Of a DNA stretch of 64,000 nucleotides, positions 42,736 through 52,126 are shown in pieces (the stretch's first letter is position 1; every line of letters begins with the position of its first letter). Source of the DNA: Pachysolen tannophilus NRRL Y-2460. Taxonomy: Eukaryota. Made by a program: the position numbers and the translations under genes. The notes beneath the pieces were generated by a model. That model saw only the letters and a list, made by a program, of their open reading frames with translations, had not been told where the DNA came from and did no database searches. The DNA is taken from positions 1,321,989 to 1,385,988 of the forward strand of contig KV454014.1 in NCBI GenBank assembly GCA_001661245.1. Reading direction: 5' to 3'.

Positions 42736-43454
42736 ATCCAGCAGCCAACAAAAAAAAAAAAAGACAGTAATAACAAATATATTCTCTTTTGAATCAACTA
42801 TTACTTATCCAAGTTATATATATTTATACTATTACTGATACTTTTTTTTTTTTTTACTACTACTACTATACTTATTTGTCTTGAATTCTTTTTTATTTTT
42901 AATTTTTTAATTTTTTCTTTTTTCATTGTAAATTTTAGTGCAAAAAACACAAAAAATCCAAAACGGAAGTTAGTAAAATGGACCACGACTTTACCCATGC
43001 ACAATAATGCAACTTGGAGAAAATTTGTAACAATAATGTAACCAAAATGCAACAATAATGCAGAAATATGCAAAGCGGTGCGTGGAAAAAACTAAAAAGT
43101 TTATATACTTAGTATGTAACATTATGCACTATGTAACCACAAAGAAAAACAAAGAAAAACAAAAAAAAACAGATTGGTAACTATGGTACTTAATAGTTAT
43201 ATATAAAATATAAATTTGTTCGAGTTGACAAATCTTCTCTGTTTGTGATGACTGCTATCTATCGTAGTGACCGATGATGGTGATAGTGATGAGAAAAGTT
43301 CAATCTCAATATCAATGACAATGACAATGACAATGGCAGCTGTTTTCCATATATCCAATTAGAGATTAGGGTTTGCCTGAAATAATTTTATTCGGTCATA
43401 TTTGTGACACAGTCTATATATAAGTCACAAGATGTCACAAATTTTTTTGATGAC

Positions 43455-43764
43455 ACTCCACGAAGAAAACTTTGAAGACATCACTAAAGTAATGGGTTAT
43501 AACATCTTACATCTTCAAAGTTTCTGTCTCTGTGGTTTCCATTCAATTTAGGTGTTAGTTCTTTCATAAGGAAGGAAGATTTCTAATATATAGTGCGGTA
43601 TTTACACAGTGTCTGCCATTTCTAAAAGGTTTAGTTCTCATAGACCAAACCACTATTCAATTGGTAATGGAAGAGAAGATTTAAAAAATGACTACGAGGA
43701 GATAAGGGATTTGAGATGGCTAAGTTAGAAGGAAAGAATTGAGTTGGATATTTTATCTACATGT
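43455..43764 (+). ncRNA. Candidate structured ncRNA (snoRNA-like), family not recognised
   Basis: 12-bp perfect stem 43467-43478/43512-43523; three nested stems with G-U pairs on the + strand; upstream TTAGGGTTT and TATA; ACA at 43759-43761. Confidence 0.4.
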
Positions 43765-43822
43765 GTTTTTGTTCGATAAATATCGTTACGTTAAACCAAG
43801 TATATTAATAATAATTTCGATA

Positions 43823-44367
43823 TTAAAAACCTCCTCTTAAAGTTAAAACCAAATGTAACTGTGAACCTGCTGTAATTTTATAAAATTCAATTGTTTCATC
43901 ATCATTTCTTTTTCGGTTTTTAAAATAAAATTGTTAGTAACACAATATGGTTTTATTAATGAAAATATTTTTTCTTTTTTTAAAATTTACTTACAATTGT
44001 TTACCACCAAAGAGAAATCGTTGTTGAATTGGTGGAATACCTTCTTTTTCTTCCATTAATTCTTTGATACGAATGATCTAATAAGTCTCGGTCAGTATAT
44101 GATTCATTCATTGGATGTAATATTTGAAAAATCCTGATAGTTACTTACTTTATCTTGGGGTTCAACATCAACGGGAATCTATTAAATTGTTAGTCAAACA
44201 TATTGAAATATCTAAATAAAAAAATTAGATTTCGATTATCGCAAACTTACCTCTCTACCCGTTAAAGTCTATATATATATAAATATAAATATAAAACCTG
44301 GTTAGTAAATAATTTCATCTTCAAAAACAAGTTCATCCGCAAAACTTACTTTGACTTTAATTTGCAT
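43823..44367 (-). CDS. RUB1: Rub1/NEDD8; exons 44367-44350, 44268-44251, 44178-44149, 44077-43995, 43907-43823 (77 aa)
   Basis: Spliced product [77 protein letters not shown]; four GTAAGT donors, each with a branch site and AG acceptor. Confidence 0.95.
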
Positions 44368-44561
44368 CTTATCGAATTCGAAATTGAATATTGATTCCAA
44401 ATTATAACAATTTTTGAATAAATTAAATAAACATCAAAAAATCCGTTTTTTATTTTTTAATTCATTTTTCTATATCAGTGAAAAAAAACATAAAAACATA
44501 AAAAAAAATTGGGTAATTACAACTACTAGCTAAGTACAATACTTTTATTATTAAGCGATTA

Positions 44562-45248
44562 ATGTTTTCAACGCCATTATTACCCAAAGATATCGATTAT
44601 GATCAAGTGTATGAGCCAGCAGAAGATTCTTTTTTATTATTAGATGTTTTTGAAAAAGATTGTTTAATGTTAAAGAATCATAAATTCAATAATACAGTTC
44701 CTTTAGTTGTTGAAATTGGAATTGGTTCAGGAATAGTAACAACTTTTATACATAAATATATCTTACAAGATTCTATATTTATTGGAACCGATTTGAATCC
44801 GTTTGCTTGCAAGACAAGTGTTAAAACAGATGGGTTGAATATTGGGAAAGAGGAAGGTATTGATCTGATTCAATCAGATTTGGTATTCCCATTTATAACT
44901 AATAGTATAGATTTATTGGTATTTAATCCTCCATATGTTCCTACAGAATTTGTACCTCCAGTACCGTCAGAAAATTGTTTCTCTGAAAAGAAAAATAAAT
45001 GGTTAGATTTGGCTTTAGATGGTGGTTCAAATGGTATGGTTATAACAAATAATTTATTAAAAAACTTGAAAAATTACATAAGCAAAAATGGTTTAGTCTA
45101 TTTATTGTTTTGTGAAAGGAATAATCCAACTGAAGTTATTAAAAATTTTATTAAAATGGAAAATTTTCTTTGGGAAATTGAATTAGTATTGAAAAGAAAA
45201 TGTGGATGGGAAGTTTTAAGCGTCTATAGATTCAAAAAATTAGTATGA
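44562..45248 (+). CDS. MTQ2: eRF1 glutamine methyltransferase catalytic subunit
   Basis: VYEPAEDSFLLLD, EIGIGSG, FNPPYVP and RKCGWEVL. Confidence 0.94.
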   Translation: MFSTPLLPKDIDYDQVYEPAEDSFLLLDVFEKDCLMLKNHKFNNTVPLVVEIGIGSGIVTTFIHKYILQDSIFIGTDLNPFACKTSVKTDGLNIGKEEGIDLIQSDLVFPFITNSIDLLVFNPPYVPTEFVPPVPSENCFSEKKNKWLDLALDGGSNGMVITNNLLKNLKNYISKNGLVYLLFCERNNPTEVIKNFIKMENFLWEIELVLKRKCGWEVLSVYRFKKLV

Positions 45249-45261
45249 TAATCATTTTAAT

Positions 45262-48200
45262 TTAAACATCAAATAAATCATCAAAACAATCTTTTTCCAA
45301 AATTTCAAAATCAACAACATAGTTTAAATTATTATAATTGTTTTCAAAATTATAAATACTCAGATAGTTATAAAAACAACTTCTTAAATTATTAAATTTT
45401 TGATAATCTTTAACACCAGTCAATAATGGTTTAATTTTTAAATTGAGATTATCAGATATCATATTTCTTTTCAAATCTTTAACTTTACTTCTCAAAAGCT
45501 TATCATCATCATCATCAAGATCAATATGATGGTTAAGGGTATCTGAAATTTTTTCACTAGAATCTTCTTTTAAGTCAAGTCTGGAAATCTTTTCGATTAA
45601 TCCAATTAATTCTTCACTTGGGTCATCTTTTTTGAAATAAACGCAATCTTCATTGTCATTGATAAATAACCATTCATCTAATTGAAAATCTTCAATCTTT
45701 AAAATTAACAGTACATCCAACAATTTGCAAGCTTGAACTATTAATTTACTATTTGTACTCTCACCATTAATTAATGAATTTAATAATTTTTTGAAAAATT
45801 TTTGTAATTCAAAATAAACAACTGAGATTATATGTGATAAATGATTTGAGCTAAGTCTCAACAATAATATTCTAAGTAAAAGGTATAATTCTATCTTTAA
45901 ATCTTCAGAATCATCATTGTTTTCCTTGTTGAAAATCTCTTTAACTTTAGTTAGTATTGGATTTATCAAATTAATATATCCATTTTTATCATTGACTAAG
46001 ATTAAATAGTTTAATTTCTTCAAGTTATTTCTTTTAAAGTTTAATATTTCAGAATAATCATTCCAATTAATTAAAGCCGATGATGCAGAACTTGTTGAAA
46101 TTTTTAATATTAAATCTTGTAATTTTTCAGTATTGTCTCGTTTATACAATTTCCTGTAGATTGAATTATAAATTTTCATGTTTTGTTTAATCTTAATATT
46201 GCTGAAGAAACTATTGTTATTGAATAATAATTCATTAAACATGAGTCTCCAGCTTTTGCAACTATCTGAAATTTGATCATTGTTAATAACAATCAATAAA
46301 TCCAACAACGGTTGATTCTCATTTAGCATCTCATTGAATTTCTTATTATTTTTAAAATAATTGATCAAGAAATTATTAATAACATTATTTAAAAAACTTG
46401 TCATTAATTTGTCTTGGTCGGTTATGAGAATTGAAATTTTCGGAACTGAATAAATCAAAGATTCAACAAAATCATCTTGTTTTATATCCTTATCACTTAA
46501 TATCGTATTCAAAAATTTGATGTAATAGTCTGATAATTCTTTTTTAAATTTTCTAAAATCGTTCCCATTATTTAACTTGCTCTCTATTTGATTTAGTTTA
46601 AAATTAACCAAGACTATAACTTTCAAAAGACTTGGAACTATAATTTTACTATTAATATCTTTCAAAAAATTTAGAATTATAGTAATTAAATCTTCAATCA
46701 AATCATCACTCAAAGAATTTAAATATTCAAATAAAAATTCAACTAAATTAAAACCATTTAAATTTGAAATACTTGTATCACTGCTGTTAGTTTTACTGTT
46801 ATTAATCAATTTGACAATATGTGGTAAGGTCAACTGTGGCCTCGACCCATCTAATATGTGTAAAATCTTGAAATTTAATGCATTATGTTCTCTCTCAACG
46901 CTTATTTCAATCAAATTCTCAATAAAATTCAATGGCTCAACAGAGTGAAAAAATTCTAAAAATTTCTTGGATTTATATTTGAATTTTGTAGAATTATAAA
47001 GCAATGATTTGTTATTGTCAATTTTAGAATGATCATAGTCATCAGTGTTGATTATTTTGGAATTAGTTTCTGACCACAACCAAATATCATAACAACATTT
47101 GATACAATTTCTAAAAGATAAGATTATATCAATTTTTTTATTTTGTTCTAAGTTTCTGTCAACAGGAGTTTCTACTTGGAAGACTCCTTGTATTACAGTA
47201 CCAAAAAAACTTTCTCCTGCACCCTCGGTACTATCGTAACCATTTGAAAGTCCATTTGAGTCACTGTTAAAAAAATTCAATTCGTGCGTTTTCAAATAAT
47301 TGTTGATAAATGATGTTAACTGCACTAGACTATTTAGCATTATTGAGATTGACTGATCAACGTCCACAGATTCTTTACTCTTAACTTCACCTTGTGATGT
47401 TAGTATGGTTACAAAATTGTTGAATATCTTGAGTACTTTGGTTGTAATACACTCAGTTAAGATTAATGCAATATTAAATATGCTATCATTAAATTTTTTC
47501 AATGAATTAGTCAACAATTTCATTGAATAATTAAGTAAAATAGAATTTGATCCAAAAGTGATTAAGTCAATCAATAAATTAAGGAAAGAATTATTCCTAT
47601 TAGTATCTTCATCAGTTTTGAAGAAAATGGCCAATTTATTCTTTTTATCATTCTGTATTATATTGTTTAGTGTATCAATCAAACTGATCAAAATTAGGTC
47701 ATTATTCCTGATATGCTTTGTAGCCAAGTTGATCAAATTTTCAAAGATATGAGGTAAATTGGATTCATTACCATCTACTAGAAAAGTTATTAAACTTAAC
47801 GATGATTTGAAGCTCGATTGAAACTCTTTATCATTGCTATCGGAATTTTGAAAATTGATAAATTTCAACAAAATATTGATCATGAAAATTTTATAACTAG
47901 TATCCTTCCAATTATTCAGTTTCATGATTTTAATCAACAAATCGGAATCCAGAACAATAACTTCATTAGTCAAATTCTCACATATAGTCAGCCTATCAAT
48001 ATCAATAAAGTTTATCAAATTATTCAAATTATAATTGAATTTGCATAAATCGTTTTTATCCACATTTAAGGTACTAGAACATAAAAACTCCATTTCTAAA
48101 ATTGGACTTATCAAGATTTTGAAAAGTTTATTAGCATTCATGCCACTGTTAAGCAAATTCAATACCCAGTTACTTATAAAATATTTTTCATTTTCATCAT

Positions 48201-50559
48201 TCAAGCCATCTAAAATCAATTGTAACCACTTGCTCAATATTGACTCATTATTTCCATTTAAAGGAGTTAATGCAACAGTCAAGGGTAGAGTATGAGTATA
48301 TAATAAATTGAAAATTCTTAATCTTTCTTGAACACTTTGGACTTCAATAAAAAATGATGATAAACATGATTCTATGTAAGAAGTGTCAACTGACATTTCC
48401 AAATTAGATATGATTCTAATAAGCTCAATCTGATATTTGTTTGACAAGTCGAAATCCAACAATAGTTTCCACAATAAACTTAACAAATTTTTTAAAAGTT
48501 TCAATTTTTGGAAAATGGATTCATTTGAGGAAAGCGGTTTAACTAAATGATCAAAAATTTTACCAAAGCTAAAAGCTAATTCAATACAAGTAACTTCTGA
48601 TTTTTGGTTCAAGTTACCGAAAACTTCAAGCAAATTATCATCTCTCCATAATTCGTTTTGCTTATCCAATTGTGGAATTTTATCCAATATATCACATAGT
48701 ACATCCGTTAATGGATATATCATCTTGTTCGATGTTTGTTTGAATTTAACAATATCACTAATACTTTCTGCAATTAGCTGAGAACATAAGCTTACCATTA
48801 TAAGTCCTATATCAGTTGATTTAAAGGGCTTGATATCTTCATTAGATTCACTTTCATCATTAGCATCAGTTTCATCTTCTAAATAATAATTTTTAATTAT
48901 TTGTAATGGATTTTTTAAAGACTTAACAAAATTCTTATCTGCCAGATCAATCGGAGAATATGCTCTCTGAGGTATTAAGGAGCTAATCACTTTAATGATC
49001 GTATACCAATCATCATTTTTTTTGGGTATACATAACAAAGAGATCAAGATTAAAGGCAAATGGTTAACAATCATATCTTCTTCTTCAACATTAAAATTTC
49101 TCAAAATAAACAAACATAATTTAAAATTTTCCCCAGAATCATCTCCATCTTGCAATAAAATTTCTAAGAAATTACTCCAAATATTCAAGCAATCAACGTT
49201 ATCAAAAAAAGAATTTGCGAATTTCAAGACATTTTCCTCATCCAGTTCATTATTTTTGCTATGATTATAACAGCTTTTCAAAATTGGAGTCAAAACTTTC
49301 GGTATTATCAATTGACTGATTTCCCATTTATCCATCATAGCCAATGCAATCTTGTAACTTTCAATTCTTTGCTGCGCAGGAGGAAAACAATTTGAAGAGG
49401 CGTTTATCAACTTTAATAAACCTTTTATTAGAGGATTTAATCCATACATGGAAAAATATTCGGATCTTGTTAATTTTGTCGATGTGGCAGAGTTAACAGA
49501 ATGTGTGTCATCTATACTTGATCTGGATTTATGTGGAGAGACCAGTGCTTCTGGATCAGGTCCCAATAACCAATTCCATAATCTTCTATTCAAAGACATA
49601 TCTTTTCTTAATACTGTAGATAAGGCACTCATTATTAAATTTTCTTTATCATGTTCATTTATCAATTTCTGCAACACATCAGATTTTAATTCTAATCTTG
49701 TTACTAGTACATCAAAAAATCCACGTTGTACAAATAAATTTTCATCACGTAAACCTTTTGAAATTGCTCTTACCAATAATCCAGTTTCTGTTGCTATACA
49801 AGCTTTAGATTCATCTTCAGGTAACAATTCCAAAATTTTTGACTTTTCAGTTTCATCACTAGTAATATTAAAATGTGGCAATCTTTTATTACACCAAATT
49901 AAACCACCTAATCTTCTATCTGGTGAAGTTATAATACATAAAAATAAAACATTCCAAAAATGTGAATCACTGTTTAAATTTAACTTCAAGCTATCTATTA
50001 AAGATAGACATTGAATAAAAGTTTCTGATGTCTCATCATCAATTGAGGGAAGCAAACTCAACAACAATGGCTTTAAGATAATTCTTAAAGTTTTACTTGG
50101 TAATGTTACAATGAAATTTCCAAATAAATTAATTATTTGAGGTTTTACACTCATACTAGCAAATGAAATCAATGGTAATAATCCAGGTAACCATATATCA
50201 ACAGTTTCTGCCAATTGTGGCAATCCCAATACATTAAATACCAACTCGTATACTTCCAAAGTTTTTTTATGAACACCGCTAGGTAAATTCTTGTTCAAAC
50301 AATTTGATAAGCATTTTGAAAGTTGATCAGCATACGGAATGAAATTCTTGGTATTTTCAGTATTCGGGTTGGATTGTAATGACTTGACCAACTTTGACAA
50401 GAATGATATATAATCCGCCCACTCTATCACAGAATCAAAATTATTGATTGACTTTTCCACATTAACAATATATTTTTTCTCTTTTGAATTAAAGGCAATG
50501 CTACCATTACCATTATTATCTTTGGACGAAGAAGTCAATATAGACAACGAAGGCGGCAT
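45262..50559 (-). CDS. DOP1: Dopey-family trafficking protein
   Basis: EWADYISFLSKL, LPSGVHKKTLEVY and RKDMSLNRRLWNWLLGP. Confidence 0.95.
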   Translation of the reverse strand: MPPSLSILTSSSKDNNGNGSIAFNSKEKKYIVNVEKSINNFDSVIEWADYISFLSKLVKSLQSNPNTENTKNFIPYADQLSKCLSNCLNKNLPSGVHKKTLEVYELVFNVLGLPQLAETVDIWLPGLLPLISFASMSVKPQIINLFGNFIVTLPSKTLRIILKPLLLSLLPSIDDETSETFIQCLSLIDSLKLNLNSDSHFWNVLFLCIITSPDRRLGGLIWCNKRLPHFNITSDETEKSKILELLPEDESKACIATETGLLVRAISKGLRDENLFVQRGFFDVLVTRLELKSDVLQKLINEHDKENLIMSALSTVLRKDMSLNRRLWNWLLGPDPEALVSPHKSRSSIDDTHSVNSATSTKLTRSEYFSMYGLNPLIKGLLKLINASSNCFPPAQQRIESYKIALAMMDKWEISQLIIPKVLTPILKSCYNHSKNNELDEENVLKFANSFFDNVDCLNIWSNFLEILLQDGDDSGENFKLCLFILRNFNVEEEDMIVNHLPLILISLLCIPKKNDDWYTIIKVISSLIPQRAYSPIDLADKNFVKSLKNPLQIIKNYYLEDETDANDESESNEDIKPFKSTDIGLIMVSLCSQLIAESISDIVKFKQTSNKMIYPLTDVLCDILDKIPQLDKQNELWRDDNLLEVFGNLNQKSEVTCIELAFSFGKIFDHLVKPLSSNESIFQKLKLLKNLLSLLWKLLLDFDLSNKYQIELIRIISNLEMSVDTSYIESCLSSFFIEVQSVQERLRIFNLLYTHTLPLTVALTPLNGNNESILSKWLQLILDGLNDENEKYFISNWVLNLLNSGMNANKLFKILISPILEMEFLCSSTLNVDKNDLCKFNYNLNNLINFIDIDRLTICENLTNEVIVLDSDLLIKIMKLNNWKDTSYKIFMINILLKFINFQNSDSNDKEFQSSFKSSLSLITFLVDGNESNLPHIFENLINLATKHIRNNDLILISLIDTLNNIIQNDKKNKLAIFFKTDEDTNRNNSFLNLLIDLITFGSNSILLNYSMKLLTNSLKKFNDSIFNIALILTECITTKVLKIFNNFVTILTSQGEVKSKESVDVDQSISIMLNSLVQLTSFINNYLKTHELNFFNSDSNGLSNGYDSTEGAGESFFGTVIQGVFQVETPVDRNLEQNKKIDIILSFRNCIKCCYDIWLWSETNSKIINTDDYDHSKIDNNKSLLYNSTKFKYKSKKFLEFFHSVEPLNFIENLIEISVEREHNALNFKILHILDGSRPQLTLPHIVKLINNSKTNSSDTSISNLNGFNLVEFLFEYLNSLSDDLIEDLITIILNFLKDINSKIIVPSLLKVIVLVNFKLNQIESKLNNGNDFRKFKKELSDYYIKFLNTILSDKDIKQDDFVESLIYSVPKISILITDQDKLMTSFLNNVINNFLINYFKNNKKFNEMLNENQPLLDLLIVINNDQISDSCKSWRLMFNELLFNNNSFFSNIKIKQNMKIYNSIYRKLYKRDNTEKLQDLILKISTSSASSALINWNDYSEILNFKRNNLKKLNYLILVNDKNGYINLINPILTKVKEIFNKENNDDSEDLKIELYLLLRILLLRLSSNHLSHIISVVYFELQKFFKKLLNSLINGESTNSKLIVQACKLLDVLLILKIEDFQLDEWLFINDNEDCVYFKKDDPSEELIGLIEKISRLDLKEDSSEKISDTLNHHIDLDDDDDKLLRSKVKDLKRNMISDNLNLKIKPLLTGVKDYQKFNNLRSCFYNYLSIYNFENNYNNLNYVVDFEILEKDCFDDLFDV

Positions 50560-50976
50560 ACTTCAAAACAACTCAAACTCTTCCAAAAAAAAAAACAACC
50601 CCTATCAGCTCAATGGATTAATATCACAGCTACTAACAGAAGAACAACTTAGCTTCAATTTGAAATTAAGAAGAAACAAATGAAATATCTATAATAACAA
50701 CTAAGATACCAAAATCTATATTTTTACCTTTGACTTAGATACGCAAAAAATAAAACACTCACACACATAATCCGGAGAAGAAACTAAATAGGAGAAGTTT
50801 GTTTTCTCCTCAAGGTTTCCATATTGGAGAAAACAGATTTGAGATCTTCTCCGTTCTTCATTCAAACGGAGAAGATAACTCTAATCAATTCTTATATTGG
50901 TGAGAAGTTCTAAACCAAGATTCAAAAGTTTATCATTTTTATAATTATATTAATTATAAGGTTGAAGGTGGGAGTT

Positions 50977-51688
50977 ATGGCTGTATATTCATTTTGGATC
51001 TTTGATAGGCACTGTGTGTATAAGAAAGATTGAAACTTTTGGGTTTTAGTTTTTTTTTTTTTTTTTTCTTGATAGTTTAATTTAATTTATTTTATTTGCC
51101 AATTACTAACTGTTTGATGAATTTAGGCAATTGTATTTACAGTCGAGAATGGGTTCTGATAACTCAGGATAAACCCGATCATCAGCAAGAGCAAACGCAG
51201 AAAAATATAACCAATACGGGGACAATCAATGCTAGGAACCAAGATCATGTGGCCAAGTTACTTTTTGGTGCAATTTTCTCATTGAAACAAATATCTTCAA
51301 AGCTTAATCCACAAGAAGAAACTACACTGAATAATTTAAAAAGTTTTTCAACATTAAAATATAGATGTCATTTTTTCGAAACTGGTACAGGGTTGAAATT
51401 TTGCCTATTAACAGATCCAAAGACAGAAAATATGCAATTTGTATTGAAGGAAATTTACGCAAAATTATACTATGAAAAAATAGTTAAAAAGTAAGTAATA
51501 ATTTTTGAATTTTAATTCAATTAACTTTTACTAACTTCAGCTTTCTTCACCTATTTTTTATTTTTTTTTTCTTGCAATTTAGTGTTTTATCACCAGTAGA
51601 TTTTAAAGAAAACGAATATATCGATAACGAGGTGTTTATAACCGGAGTCGATAATTATATAAGTTCATTGGCTGTTTTCAATAATTAA
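50977..51688 (+). CDS. BET5: TRAPP subunit Bet5 (TRAPPC1); exons 50977-51013, 51127-51490, 51583-51688 (168 aa)
   Basis: Spliced MAVYSFWIFDRHCNCIYSREW...KLLFGAIFSLK...ETGTGLKF...VKNVLSPVDF; TACTAAC at 51104 and 51529. Confidence 0.9.
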
Positions 51689-52126
51689 TAAATGTTTGAT
51701 TAGTTATTTTATCTACAAAATAGTAAAATTATGTTTTAATAATAATTAATATATATAGAAAAACTAATAATAATCTCCACAAGATTTTAACTCTATTCTT
51801 ATAAAATAACTTTTTTTTTTTTTTTTTTTTTTCTTTATGTTTTTTTTGGTTATTTTCTTGTGTTTGTTGACAGTTGATGGTGAAAGTATAGAACAACATT
51901 AGTTCGAGATAACAATATGTTGACAAATTGAAATTAAATAAAAAAACAGAAAAGACAAAACAATAAAAATGAAAATAAAAATAAAAAAATTGGTTCAAAA
52001 AAAAAAGAACAAAAAAATAAAAAAATAAATCAAAAAGATGAAAAAAAAAAAAATCAAATAAGTAAACTTATCATTAAAAAAAATTCTTGCTTTTTCTTCT
52101 TACACACTCTTTTCCTTCTTATGTTC

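Noticed and set aside
44070..44140. Possible box C/D snoRNA (ATGATC...CTGA)
   Set aside because: Box C is imperfect, no rRNA guide was recognised, and it is antisense to RUB1 intron 3
44243..44252. ACTTACCT resembling the U1 snRNA 5' end
   Set aside because: It is the reverse complement of the RUB1 intron 2 donor (AG/GTAAGT)
43823..44367. Calling the hidden gene ubiquitin
   Set aside because: Too divergent from the near-invariant ubiquitin; EEKEGIPP and Thr72 are Rub1/NEDD8 features
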